A stretch of 61,780 nt of DNA, the filler included. It is 7 parts of 7 records of this genome, joined end to end, with 100 filler letters (N's around TTAATTAATTAA, not from the genome) between each part and the next. Parts side by side here need not be neighbours in the genome. Positions count along the whole stretch, not along the records: positions 3,787 to 23,016 come from SRR20825010_6520; positions 23,117 to 33,090 come from SRR20825010_6522; 5 more parts are not named here. The stretch is one strand, 5' to 3'. Shown in pieces: positions 15,832 to 26,191 of the stretch (positions within the stretch are counted from its first letter, which is position 1; the number at the start of each line of letters is the position of its first letter). The notes below the pieces were generated by a model that had not been told where the DNA came from, made no database searches, and saw nothing but the letters and a program-made list of their open reading frames with translations. A program made the translations under genes and the position numbers.

Positions 15832-18807
15832 ATGTTCATGCGCCAAACGCGACTGATGTCGATGGTCATTTTGTCGGTCAGCCTGACGGGTTGTTTTGAA
15901 AGCAGCAGCCAGACTACAAAGAATGCGGACCCAGACTACGACATTACCAATCCGGCCGTGGAGCGGGGAACTCACCCATTATTTGACCCGTTGACCACCC
16001 AATTCCCGATTCCAAGCGATTCCCTTTTCTATCTCAGTGAGGTTGACGACGGCACCATGCTGAACGGCAGCGATCCTGCCAACCCGGTGACCACGGGCAT
16101 TGGATTTCTCGATGGAAATTCAGTACTGGCACCCATTGATATCAAGATCAGTGGCAGCCTGGACAGCCAGCAGACCCTTGATGCACGTGACTTTATCTCC
16201 GTGGAGGGCGAAGTTGTCCCCAACCCGGATCAGAATGTGTTCCTGATTCCCCTGGAATATGCCGGTGGCGATAGCCTCCGTCAAACCTCCGGAGAGGTCG
16301 CCGGAATTTCATCGGCGATTCAGTACCGGCGGGCACTGGCGCTTGAGGAAAGCGGTAATACCGCCGAAGCCGATGCGATTTTCGATGCCCTGGTTGAGGA
16401 CAGACTTCGGGTTGAGCTGCTGGATATCGATGGTGGCCAGAACAATATGATCCGGATTCTGCCGGTCAAGCCACTGGCTGAGAAAACCCGGTACGCCCTG
16501 GCCATCACCGACGACATTGTAGACACCAACGGCGACCCGCTCGTTGGCGCTCCGACCTACCAGTCGGTGGCGGACCCGGAAGCGGTGCTTTCCAATGTTG
16601 CGTTCGAGCCATTCCGCGAGGCGTTGTTACCTGCCCGCCGACTCGCTTCCGACTATTTTGAGTTCAAGCAGGCGTTTTCCATCGCTGGATTCTCAAAGAA
16701 GTTCGATGACGTTGTGTTTTCCACAACGATCACCACAACGGCGGTAGACGACGTGCTGCTGGCAAATACAGCCCCGGTGACGTTCTTCCGCAACAGCCTG
16801 GGTATAGCTGCCCGACAGGAAGGGCTCCAGCAGTTGATCTCCGGATTCTACAACCTGACTCAACAGCCGCTGGAGGGGGCCGCGACGGCGGAACAGCAGA
16901 ACATCAACGATGAAATCCATACAACGCTGACGGACACCAATTTCCGCCTCTACGACGCCGAGCTCGCCGGCCTGCTCAGTGATGCCCGGGACGCTGGCAT
17001 GGTCGTTCAATATCAGGACCTTGTCAGCAATGATCAGGCGGACCGCAGGGTCGCCTATGCTTTGCAGGCCGCAACAGCAATGGCCGTCGATACAGTCCAC
17101 GATACTGAGGCTGACGCCCAGGCGCTTGCAACCGCCGCTGACAACCTTATTGATGCCCCGAAGCCGCGAACAGTAAGAATGTTCAACCAGCGCGACGGTG
17201 GTGAGATAAATCCGGCGTTGGCTCAGGAAGTTCAGGGCACCCCTCTTAATATCCATGTCTATGAGGGCGAGATTACCCTGCCGTATTTTCAGGGCGTGCC
17301 GGAGGCGACGGATGGGTCAGCCCTGCGCTCGGCCAGTTGGCTCCCGGCGGACTTCAGTGCCGAGGAGTCACTCGATCAGGCGCCCTCGGATCGCGTGACC
17401 TACCGCTTCCCGTTTGCTGAAAAGTCCAGTGAAACAACGGTTCCCATTGTAGTTGCCGCGCCCGACACCAACCAGGCCTTGATTGCCCCGCAGACCCCGG
17501 CAAATGGTTTTCCGGTGATCATCTATCAGCATGCCGTGACCACCGACCGTTCGGCGATCCTCCCTCTGGCGACAGCCGCTGGGTTGTCCTGCGCAGACCC
17601 TGGCAATACCTTTGACTGCTTCGTCACCATCGGTATCGATCAGCCGCTGCACGGTATTTTCGGAGAGGGCGTGGTTGGTCTTAATCCCATCACCACTCAG
17701 GATGGTGCTTCGGCGGACGCCGTCGAGCGTCACTTTGGCTTCGCCGCTGACGCGGATCTTAATCCGGTACCGGCGGGTGAACTGCAGGAGCCCGAATCGG
17801 GAAGTCTGTACCTGAATTTCACTAACTACGCCAACACCCGTGACAACATGCGCCAGGGCACCCTCGACCTGCTTAACGTGAACGCCTCGTTGCAGGCGAT
17901 CGAGGACGCCATCAACGCGTGTCAGGCCGCCGGCGATTGTGCCCAGGGCCTGAGCATTGATCCGAGCCGGGTCTATTTCATGAGCCATTCGCTCAGTGGT
18001 ATGGGTGGCGCGGCCTTCCCACCGGTTAACAATGCAGCGAGTGCTGCGGGCAACTCCAATCTCAGCCCGGTTCTGGCCTCGAATCTGCTGAACACCGGCG
18101 GTCAGTTCACACGTCTGTTCGAAAACTCGCAGTCACTGGCACCACAGCTTCTTCCCGTGCTGGACGCCGCCTCTGACGGCGTGCTGGCGCAGGGACGTAC
18201 GGAACTCAACATCTACTTCAATGTGTTCCAGTCGCAGCTGGATTCGGCAGACCCTGTCGCCTATGCCGGCTTTTATCAGAACACCAACACGTTGCTGACT
18301 GAAATCGTTGGTGTTGATGATGACCCTGAGCGCCCAACTGACGACACGATTCCCAATGCCGCGGATGATCAGCTTTACGCCATGGGGCCCCTTGAAACCA
18401 CGGTTCCGGAAACCGGATTTGTGATCAGTAGTGAGCGCGCACCTCTGGCGGGTACGGATCCCCTGGCTGCGGGTATGGGCGCTGAGTCAACGCCGCTGGC
18501 AAGTGGCCTCCCAGCCATAACCCGCTATCTGGAAGGGTCGCATGGCAACCCCGTGTCTGCCGGTCAGAAAGCGGCGGATGCCTTTTCTTCACGTGCGGTC
18601 TTCGACGAGATGATCGCGCAGATGCTGGAGCTGTTCAGTGATGGCACCGTTTCTGTCAGCAACCCCTGTGTCGTAGAGGATGCCGATACCTCAGGTACGG
18701 ACTGCTCCGCCGAGGGCAACACCGATCCAGGCAGTGAGCCGGACGGCGGCGGAGATGGTGGGGGTGATGGAGGTGATGGTGGCCTGATTGGTGGCGGCCT
18801 GATCTAG
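15832..18807 (+). CDS. Large lipoprotein, Pla-1/VolA (cef) extracellular lipase/phospholipase-like alpha/beta hydrolase
   Basis: Lipobox LTGC, PVIIYQH, IDQPLHG, RDNMRQGTLDLL, nucleophile elbow SHSLSG, late GSHG, Gly/Asp-rich tail. Confidence 0.8.
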   Translation: MFMRQTRLMSMVILSVSLTGCFESSSQTTKNADPDYDITNPAVERGTHPLFDPLTTQFPIPSDSLFYLSEVDDGTMLNGSDPANPVTTGIGFLDGNSVLAPIDIKISGSLDSQQTLDARDFISVEGEVVPNPDQNVFLIPLEYAGGDSLRQTSGEVAGISSAIQYRRALALEESGNTAEADAIFDALVEDRLRVELLDIDGGQNNMIRILPVKPLAEKTRYALAITDDIVDTNGDPLVGAPTYQSVADPEAVLSNVAFEPFREALLPARRLASDYFEFKQAFSIAGFSKKFDDVVFSTTITTTAVDDVLLANTAPVTFFRNSLGIAARQEGLQQLISGFYNLTQQPLEGAATAEQQNINDEIHTTLTDTNFRLYDAELAGLLSDARDAGMVVQYQDLVSNDQADRRVAYALQAATAMAVDTVHDTEADAQALATAADNLIDAPKPRTVRMFNQRDGGEINPALAQEVQGTPLNIHVYEGEITLPYFQGVPEATDGSALRSASWLPADFSAEESLDQAPSDRVTYRFPFAEKSSETTVPIVVAAPDTNQALIAPQTPANGFPVIIYQHAVTTDRSAILPLATAAGLSCADPGNTFDCFVTIGIDQPLHGIFGEGVVGLNPITTQDGASADAVERHFGFAADADLNPVPAGELQEPESGSLYLNFTNYANTRDNMRQGTLDLLNVNASLQAIEDAINACQAAGDCAQGLSIDPSRVYFMSHSLSGMGGAAFPPVNNAASAAGNSNLSPVLASNLLNTGGQFTRLFENSQSLAPQLLPVLDAASDGVLAQGRTELNIYFNVFQSQLDSADPVAYAGFYQNTNTLLTEIVGVDDDPERPTDDTIPNAADDQLYAMGPLETTVPETGFVISSERAPLAGTDPLAAGMGAESTPLASGLPAITRYLEGSHGNPVSAGQKAADAFSSRAVFDEMIAQMLELFSDGTVSVSNPCVVEDADTSGTDCSAEGNTDPGSEPDGGGDGGGDGGDGGLIGGGLI

Positions 18808-18937
18808 AAACCCAACGGCCAGACAACCAGCGCTTCGGAGATCCCGGAGCGCCCGTTCCCGATAAACACGTGTATGTCGATGGCGATTCTCTCCATCAAT
18901 GGGGAAGCTTTGCCTGAAAAACTGGAGCTACAGACCA

Positions 18938-20827
18938 ATGACAACAAAAAACCGAGACCGTAAACGCCTGGCGCTGGCTATCGGCGCAATCGTATCCACT
19001 GCCCCGGCGATGGCATTCGATTTTGACATCTACGAGATCGACGCCTCGCTCTCAACGACCCTGACGGCGGGGATTGCCTATCGGTTGGAAGATCAGGACA
19101 AAGATCTGATCTCCCAGGGCAACCTGGGCCCGGAATTCGCATTCAGTAACACGGGCGCCTCGTCCAACAACTTCGACGACGGCAACCTGAACTTTGAAAA
19201 GAACGAGCCATATTCCCAGATCCTGCGTGGCCGTAGTGAACTGTTCCTGGACTACACCCCCGACAGTGACACGCTGACGCGGGTCGGGGCGCTGGTGCGA
19301 GGCACTTACTATTACGACCACGAACTGAAGGATAACCGTCGCGCCAAGGACCCGGTCGGCCAACGACGTGAATTGAATGATGAGGCCAAAGATAACGCCT
19401 CCGGTGTGGATCTTCTCGACGCCTACGTGTTTACGGACTGGTACTTCGGCGATACGCCGGTGTCGATCCGTTACGGCCGTCAGGTGGTGAACTGGGGCGA
19501 AAGCACGTTCATCCTGGGCGGTATCAACGCGGTCAATCCGATCGACGTTCCCGCGTTTCGTGCTCCCGGCGCGGAGCTGAAAGACGTATTGTTACCAGTG
19601 GAGATGTTGTATACGTCGGTTGGCCTGACGCCTGAAATCACCATGGAGGCGTTTGTTCAGACCGACTGGGAAAGCTTCAGGATCGACGATTGTGGCACCT
19701 ATTTTTCCTCCGCCGACGTGGCGGCCGATGGCTGTGGCCCGGTATTACTGGCGGGCCAGGTGCCTGACTCCCAGGCGCTGGAAGAGGGATTCGTGTCTCC
19801 GCGCCTGGGCGATCGCGAGCCCGGGGACAAGGATCAGTTCGGTGCCGCGTTGCGTTGGTATCTGACCGACCTGGGGGCCGAGCTGGGGTTCTACTACACC
19901 CGTTATCACAGCCGTCTTCCGTACATCAGTGGTGTGGTCAACAACCCCTCGGACCCATCGGCAAACCAGAAAAGCGACCCCAACCTGCCCAACTCCAGGT
20001 TTCCCAGCTATTTCATCGAGTATCCGGAAGACATTGATCTCTATGGCATCAGTATCAACACCACCCTTCCAACGGGCACTTCGCTGGGGGCGGAATACAG
20101 CTTCCGGCCAAACCTTCCCATCCAGTGGAACACGTTTGAGCTGATCTACGGAGGCTTGCAACAGCGTGGTCCGGATGGACAGGTAGTGAGCAAGCTGGAG
20201 CAACGCCAGCGTGAGAAGGATCCCAATTTCAACTATGCCGGTAAGGCTGTTGATGGCTACGACCGTTACAACGTTTCCCAGGCCCAGGCCACATTCATTC
20301 ACTTCATTGACCGGGTAATGGGCGCCGCCCGTTTCATCATTGTTGGTGAGGTTGGTGCCACCTATATCCACGATCTGCCCAGCACCTCGGAAGCCCGCTA
20401 CGGGCGATCGGGCATCTACGGTGTGGGGCCGGTGCCGCTGGAGGGTGACAACTTTACCGGTGACTACTGCAGCCAGGGCACAGACAGTGACCCGCGTTTG
20501 AACATCAACCCCAGCAACTGTGGAGGTGGTGGGTTTACCACGTCCTTCTCCTGGGGCTATCGCACGCTGTTTGTCTGGGACTATCCGGATGCCGTCGCTG
20601 GCGTCAACTTGCGCCCCCGGCTCTTTTTCTCTCACGACGTGAAGGGCTACGCACCAGATCCTGGTGGCAACTTCCAGGAAGGCAACAAGTCACTGGGCCT
20701 GGCCGTCGAAGCCACCTATCAAAACGCCTACAAAGCCAATCTGAGCTACACCAACTATTTCGGGGGTGATTACAACGTCATCAATGACCGGGATTTCGTG
20801 TCGGCCTCAGTGTCCTATTCATTTTGA
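18938..20827 (+). CDS. DUF1302 family outer-membrane protein
   Basis: Signal peptide, NFDDGNLNF, GRQVVNWGESTF, YHSRLP, YPEDIDLYG, C-terminal DRDFVSASVSYSF. Confidence 0.9.
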   Translation: MTTKNRDRKRLALAIGAIVSTAPAMAFDFDIYEIDASLSTTLTAGIAYRLEDQDKDLISQGNLGPEFAFSNTGASSNNFDDGNLNFEKNEPYSQILRGRSELFLDYTPDSDTLTRVGALVRGTYYYDHELKDNRRAKDPVGQRRELNDEAKDNASGVDLLDAYVFTDWYFGDTPVSIRYGRQVVNWGESTFILGGINAVNPIDVPAFRAPGAELKDVLLPVEMLYTSVGLTPEITMEAFVQTDWESFRIDDCGTYFSSADVAADGCGPVLLAGQVPDSQALEEGFVSPRLGDREPGDKDQFGAALRWYLTDLGAELGFYYTRYHSRLPYISGVVNNPSDPSANQKSDPNLPNSRFPSYFIEYPEDIDLYGISINTTLPTGTSLGAEYSFRPNLPIQWNTFELIYGGLQQRGPDGQVVSKLEQRQREKDPNFNYAGKAVDGYDRYNVSQAQATFIHFIDRVMGAARFIIVGEVGATYIHDLPSTSEARYGRSGIYGVGPVPLEGDNFTGDYCSQGTDSDPRLNINPSNCGGGGFTTSFSWGYRTLFVWDYPDAVAGVNLRPRLFFSHDVKGYAPDPGGNFQEGNKSLGLAVEATYQNAYKANLSYTNYFGGDYNVINDRDFVSASVSYSF

Positions 20828-20856
20828 ACCATTGTCTGAAAACCGAGGAGTAATCC

Positions 20857-22218
20857 ATGATTAACCGAAAAAACCTGCTTTACAGTGCATTGGCGTGCTC
20901 GATGCTGTATTCCGCATCAGCCGGCGCAGCAGTGTCGGCCCAGGAGGCCGCCAAACTGGGAGATACGCTCACGCCGATGGGCGCCGAGAAGTCCGGTAAT
21001 GGCGATGAAATTCCTGCCTGGGACGGGGGGCTGCTTCAGGCACCGGGTGCCTACCAGGGCGACGGCCGATACGTGGATCCGTTTCCCAATGACAAAGAGC
21101 TGTTTCGTATCGATCAGAGCAACGTTGACCAGTACGCGGACAACCTGACGCCCGGCCAGATTGCGATGATCAAGACGTACGACAATTATTTTATGCCGGT
21201 CTACCAGACCCGGAGAACGGCGACCTATCCTGCCGACGTGCTGGAGAAAACCAAGGCCAATGCCACCGAAGTGGAGTTGGTGGAAAGCGGGAACGGTCTC
21301 AAGAACTACAAAACAGCGACCCCGTTTCCGATCCCCCAAAATGGCCTTGAGGTGATTTTCAACCATATCACCCGCTACCGCGGCGGTTCCTTTACCCGCA
21401 ATGTGGCACAGGTAACACCGCAGCCAAATGGCGATTTCAGCCCGGTCAGGTTCACCGAATCGTTTACCGAGCGGGTGGCGCTGGAGGATTTCGATCCAAG
21501 CGAAGATCCCAATGTGATGTTCTATTTCAAGCAGGCCATCACCGCTCCGTCTCGCCTCGCCGGCAACGTACTGCTGGTGCACGAGACCATCAACCAGGTT
21601 AAGGAGCCCCGCCGCGCATGGTTGTACAACTCCGGGCAGCGTCGTGTTCGCCGTGCTCCCAATGTGGCCTACGATGGGCCGGGTACCGCCGCAGATGGTC
21701 AGCGCACGTCTGACAACCTGGACCTCTACAATGGCGCGCCAGACCGTTACAACTGGGAACTCAAGGGCAAGAAAGAGCTGTACATTCCGTACAATTCCTA
21801 TCGCCTGACCGACGAGAGCCTGAGCTATGACGACATCATAAAGCCCGGCCATGTCGACCAGGGCCTCACGCGTTATGAGCTGCACCGGGTATGGCATGTA
21901 ACAGCGACACTCAAGGATGGTGAGCGGCATGTCTACGGCAAACGGGACTTCTACATTGATGAGGATACCTGGCAGATTGCAGCGGTGGATCACTACGATG
22001 GTCGTGGCAACCTGTGGCGTGTTGCCGAAGCGCACGCGATGCAGATATACGATGCCAACATTCCGGCCTATGCCTTTGAAACCCTGTATGACCTGTTGTC
22101 AGGGCGCTATCTGGTGATGGGGCTGACCAACGAGGAAGACGAGCCTTACCAGTATGGTACCGAGCGTCGCTCCCGTGAATACACGCCGGCTGCGTTACGC
22201 CGGGACGGCGTGCGTTAA
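20857..22218 (+). CDS. DUF1329 family periplasmic protein (LolA-like / outer-membrane lipoprotein-sorting fold)
   Basis: LTPMGAEKSGN, PFPIPQNGLE, GQRRVRRAP, RYELHRVW, DHYDGRGNLWR. Confidence 0.92.
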   Translation: MINRKNLLYSALACSMLYSASAGAAVSAQEAAKLGDTLTPMGAEKSGNGDEIPAWDGGLLQAPGAYQGDGRYVDPFPNDKELFRIDQSNVDQYADNLTPGQIAMIKTYDNYFMPVYQTRRTATYPADVLEKTKANATEVELVESGNGLKNYKTATPFPIPQNGLEVIFNHITRYRGGSFTRNVAQVTPQPNGDFSPVRFTESFTERVALEDFDPSEDPNVMFYFKQAITAPSRLAGNVLLVHETINQVKEPRRAWLYNSGQRRVRRAPNVAYDGPGTAADGQRTSDNLDLYNGAPDRYNWELKGKKELYIPYNSYRLTDESLSYDDIIKPGHVDQGLTRYELHRVWHVTATLKDGERHVYGKRDFYIDEDTWQIAAVDHYDGRGNLWRVAEAHAMQIYDANIPAYAFETLYDLLSGRYLVMGLTNEEDEPYQYGTERRSREYTPAALRRDGVR

Positions 22219-22234
22219 TCGTTAATGGCGGACC

Positions 22235-22264
22235 GATAACCCTGCCTGGCCTGGCAGGGTTATC
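22235..22264 (+). terminator. Stem-loop after the DUF1329 gene (possible terminator)
   Basis: 12-bp stem GATAACCCTGCC/GGCAGGGTTATC. No clear U-tract. Confidence 0.45.
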
Positions 22265-22541
22265 CCCGACGGGGGACCACATCAAAGATCCCTGCCCGGT
22301 AAAGTTCCTTATAGCTATTCCCGAACCACTCTGTTAGTGTGCCCAGCATCCTGCCTCTAGGGATTTCCGCAATTCAAGGCTTCAAGCCCGTGCGAACCAT
22401 CCATACGACCTGTCAGAGGACGTCACCCCGTTAACGGTGTGTGGCCGTAGTCGTCTTTTATTCCATGAATCTTCATGGCATCTGCCCGCATTCGCCGAGA
22501 TCGGTGTTCGTGGAGGCAGACTAATCAAGAGTTGATCCACT

Positions 22542-23016
22542 ATGAGTTTTTCTTCACTCGGTTTGTCCGAGCAACTGGTCCGTGCCACTGCCGACCAGGG
22601 TTACGAAACCCCATCACCCATCCAGGCCAAGGCCATTCCCGCCGTTTTATCCGGCAGGGACGTGATGGCGGCTGCCCAGACGGGTACCGGTAAAACCGCA
22701 GGGTTCACCCTGCCATTGCTGCAGCGCCTGGCGGAAACCCCCCGCACTGGCAAAGGCCCGCGTGTACTGATCCTGGCTCCTACCCGCGAGCTGGCGGCCC
22801 AGGTACACGACAGTGTGGCCCTTTACAGCCGATACATGCCGACCAAGTCCGCCGTGGTGTTTGGTGGCGTAAAAATCAATCCGCAGATGATGAAGCTGCG
22901 TAAGGGCCTGGACGTGCTGGTGGCCACACCCGGCCGTCTGATGGACCTGTATCAGCAGAATGCAGTTCGCTTCAACGAAGTGGAAATCCTGGTGCTGGAC
23001 GAAGCCGACCGCATGC
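22542..23016 (+). CDS. rhlE: DEAD-box RNA helicase RhlE, 5' part
   Basis: [44 protein letters not shown]. Truncated by the contig end. Confidence 0.88.
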
Positions 23017-23116
23017 NNNNNNNNNNNNNNNNNNNNNNNNNNNNNNNNNNNNNNNNNNNNTTAATTAATTAANNNNNNNNNNNNNNNNNNNNNNNNNNNN
23101 NNNNNNNNNNNNNNNN
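23017..23116. other. Artificial contig spacer
   Basis: N run with TTAATTAATTAA linker. Confidence 0.98.
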
Positions 23117-23463
23117 GTGTTATGCGACCGGCGCCAATACTCATGCGGTGTAAGAGTGACGATCCCAATCAGCCGACCAACAAGGTCATTCAGGCGCGGT
23201 GACCGGAAAAAGGAATGATGTCCACAATCATGCTGGATTATGAATAGGCGGACGGTAAACGCTGCAGTCGGGATGGAAAGTAATAAAACTAACCAATAAA
23301 CATCATCTACGATGACGATCATACACGCCCAGAGAATCACGAGCGGGATAATGGTCGTCAGGAGTTGTAGCACGCCGCGCTTTGCATCCGGCGCGGCAAA
23401 TCTTCTGGCAACTTCCGCCCATTTTTTGTCATATGTTCTTGGAGAGGCGCTCGGCGCCTGCAA
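23117..23463 (-). CDS. Membrane fatty acid desaturase, 5' part
   Basis: His boxes FIIQHDCGH and WRRSHN, plus TM segments. Confidence 0.85.
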
Positions 23464-23591
23464 TTCGCCAGATAACGGCGTGGCCTGTTGCGGCCCTGAT
23501 AAACTGGAAATAGTCGTTCCACCCTAATAAAAAAGTCGGCCAGACAGTATCTGTCTATCCCCCGGATTACAAGATGAAACATTTCCCGCCA

Positions 23592-24662
23592 CTACACTTC
23601 TGCGTTAGCGGCGTTCGCAGCCCGAAGCAGCATGCCGAAAAGATCTCGTGGATCATCGGGATCGGCCAGCATGTCGAGACTGTCGAAATATGCCGTGCCG
23701 GGCAGTTTACTGCGAACATATCGAAGCGCGGAGAAATCCTCTGTGGCGAAACCGACAGAGTCGAACAAGGTGGTCTGATCCTGCCGCAGTCGCGCTTTTT
23801 CCTTGCCTGCGATAACGCGCCAAAGCTCCGTAACAGGATGATTCTTGGGGAGCTGCTGGATTTCGCCTTCTATCCGTGTCTGAGGGGGGTATTCGACAAA
23901 AATATCTGATCGCAGGAGAATATCCCGGTGCAGCTCCGTTTTACCGGGACAGTCGCCACCGACCGCGTTTATATGAATACCTGCTCCGACCATGTTGTCG
24001 GTCAGGATTGTCGCATATTGCTTATCTGCCGTAACCGTTGTGACAATCTGTGCGCCCTCGACAGCCTCTTCCGCAGTTTGACAAGACGCAATATCGAAGC
24101 CTTTGCCGGACAGATTACGCATGCATTTTTCGGTCGCGCGCGCGTCGATATCAAAGAGGCGTAGTTTATTGACATTGAGAAGCGCCTTGAAGGCCATGGC
24201 CTGAAACTCTGCTTGGGCCCCGTTACCGATAATCGCCATGCAGTTGGCCCCGGCGGGCGCAAGATATTTTGCCGCGAGAGCCGAGGTGGCCGCCGTTCGA
24301 AGGGCCGTTAATATTGTCATTTCCGAAAGCAGCACCGGATATCCGTTGTCGACATTGGAAAGCATCCCGAAACCGGTGACGGTTTGTAGGCCCGAGCGGG
24401 TGTTCTTCGGATGACCATTGACATATTTGAAGCCATAGACCTCCCCGTCGCTGGTCGGCATGAGTTCGATCACCCCTTCCGGTGAATGAGAGGCAACGCG
24501 TGGTGTTTTGTCAAAAAGCTCCCATCGCTTGAAATCTTCCTCAATGAAAGTGGCGAGTTCAGCGAGGAAAGTCTCGATACCAACATTCAGAACCAGCTTC
24601 ATCATGTTATCGACACTGACGAAGGGAACAATGTTGATGTCTTTTGGGGGATGAATTGCCAT
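23592..24662 (-). CDS. ocd: Ornithine cyclodeaminase
   Basis: GVIELMP, FKYVNGHPKN, LTALRTAA, GGDCPGKTE, FDSVGFA. Confidence 0.95.
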   Translation of the reverse strand: MAIHPPKDINIVPFVSVDNMMKLVLNVGIETFLAELATFIEEDFKRWELFDKTPRVASHSPEGVIELMPTSDGEVYGFKYVNGHPKNTRSGLQTVTGFGMLSNVDNGYPVLLSEMTILTALRTAATSALAAKYLAPAGANCMAIIGNGAQAEFQAMAFKALLNVNKLRLFDIDARATEKCMRNLSGKGFDIASCQTAEEAVEGAQIVTTVTADKQYATILTDNMVGAGIHINAVGGDCPGKTELHRDILLRSDIFVEYPPQTRIEGEIQQLPKNHPVTELWRVIAGKEKARLRQDQTTLFDSVGFATEDFSALRYVRSKLPGTAYFDSLDMLADPDDPRDLFGMLLRAANAANAEV

Positions 24663-24664
24663 GG

Positions 24665-25627
24665 TTAGATGCTCCTCCGATGGGTATCAAGGACACGCTG
24701 GCCGAACAGGCTGGCGATAAGGTCGACAATCAACTCGCTGGTCTTGCCCCGGACGTCGAGAAACGGGTTTAACTCCGCGATATCGACAGAGGTGACCAGC
24801 CCGCTGTCATATAGAATTTCCATAATCAGGTGGGCTTCCCGATGATTGACACCGCCGGAAACAGTCGTGCCGACGGCCGGGGCTATATCCGGATCCAGAA
24901 AATCGACATCCAAACTGACATGGAGGCGGCCATTTGCGCGCTGAACCCGATCAATAAATCGCCTTAAGGGGGTAGCGACGCCAAACTCATCGATGGCGCG
25001 CATATCGTGAACATCTATGCTGGTGCGGGCAATGCGCGCTTGCTCGGCCGGATCAACGGAGCGAATGCCCATCATGCAGATATTTTCGGGCTTGATGGGC
25101 GCGGCTGGCCTTGGGATAACGCCATCAAAGCTGGGATCGCCAATAATATAGGTGACGGGCGTGCCATGAAGATTTCCGGTATCTGTGCTTTCCAGCGTCT
25201 GAAAATCGGTATGGGCGTCGAGCCAGAGAAGGAATTGTTCCTGCCCGGCTTCTTCACTGGCGCGGGCAAGTGCAGGGAGGATGCCTGCGGCAATGCAATG
25301 ATCGCCACCCATAAATACCGGGACTGGACCCTCTTTGAGCATTGTTTCGCAATACTGATCGAGTTTGCCGATCAGTGCGGCATAATCGGCAAGATGATGG
25401 ATTTTCGGATTTGGATGGTGAATTTCTTCCGTTGGGTCCGTGGTAATATTTCCGGCATCCGAAACGTCATAGCCGAGACGCGATAATCTGGTGGAGATAT
25501 CGGCGGCTCTCAAGGCATCCGGCCCCATCAGGCAGCCGGTGCGCCGACTACCATGATCCGCGGGAACGCCAACGAGTAAAATAGATTTTTCCATCATTCG
25601 ACTGCTTTCCAGCATGCGGTTATTCAT
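24665..25627 (-). CDS. rocF: Arginase
   Basis: GGDH, DAHTD, GNLHG, SLDVDFLDP, ELNPFLD. Start uncertain; ATG 25627 has GGAG upstream. Confidence 0.93.
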   Translation of the reverse strand: MNNRMLESSRMMEKSILLVGVPADHGSRRTGCLMGPDALRAADISTRLSRLGYDVSDAGNITTDPTEEIHHPNPKIHHLADYAALIGKLDQYCETMLKEGPVPVFMGGDHCIAAGILPALARASEEAGQEQFLLWLDAHTDFQTLESTDTGNLHGTPVTYIIGDPSFDGVIPRPAAPIKPENICMMGIRSVDPAEQARIARTSIDVHDMRAIDEFGVATPLRRFIDRVQRANGRLHVSLDVDFLDPDIAPAVGTTVSGGVNHREAHLIMEILYDSGLVTSVDIAELNPFLDVRGKTSELIVDLIASLFGQRVLDTHRRSI

Positions 25628-25723
25628 AATGATAATCTCCACCACATAAATGGCGGAAGCAATGCTAAATAGTGACATTTTTGCGCATTGATCTATCCAA
25701 AATAGCGATCTATATTTTACATT

Positions 25724-26191
25724 ATGGATAAAACGGATCAAAAGCTGGTCGCTGTACTGCGACAGAATGCCCGCGCGTCGATCTCTGAATTGGCGTCAAC
25801 GCTGAATCTTTCCCGCGCGACGGTTCGCACGCGTCTGGACAGGTTGATCGCGGACGAAGAAATTCTCGGCTTCACGGTGGTGTTGAAAGAAGACCTTGCA
25901 GATTCTCCCGTGCGGGGCATTACCTTGATCGAGATTGAGGGCAAGGGGGATGAGCGCATCATTTCCCGTCTGCGGGGATTCCCAGAAATCCAAACGATCC
26001 ATTCGACAAATGGTCGCTGGGACCTTATCGTTGAATTCGGCGCGGAGACCCTGTCGGACATGGATCAGGTGTTGAGGCAGATACGAAGGATTGATGGCAT
26101 CAACGCCAGCGAGACCAATTTGTATCTTACCACTCACCGAAGCAACCGGGCGGCAGGATTAATGAAAAACAAGAATGGTGAAACCTTATGA
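25724..26191 (+). CDS. Lrp/AsnC family regulator, divergent from rocF-ocd
   Basis: N-terminal HTH (ARASISELA...SRATVRTRL) and RAM domain (NGRWDL). Confidence 0.9.
   Translation: MDKTDQKLVAVLRQNARASISELASTLNLSRATVRTRLDRLIADEEILGFTVVLKEDLADSPVRGITLIEIEGKGDERIISRLRGFPEIQTIHSTNGRWDLIVEFGAETLSDMDQVLRQIRRIDGINASETNLYLTTHRSNRAAGLMKNKNGETL

Noticed and set aside
1202-23016. Two DEAD-box helicases as a linked system
   Set aside because: They lie on different contigs separated by a spacer, and both are ordinary housekeeping types.
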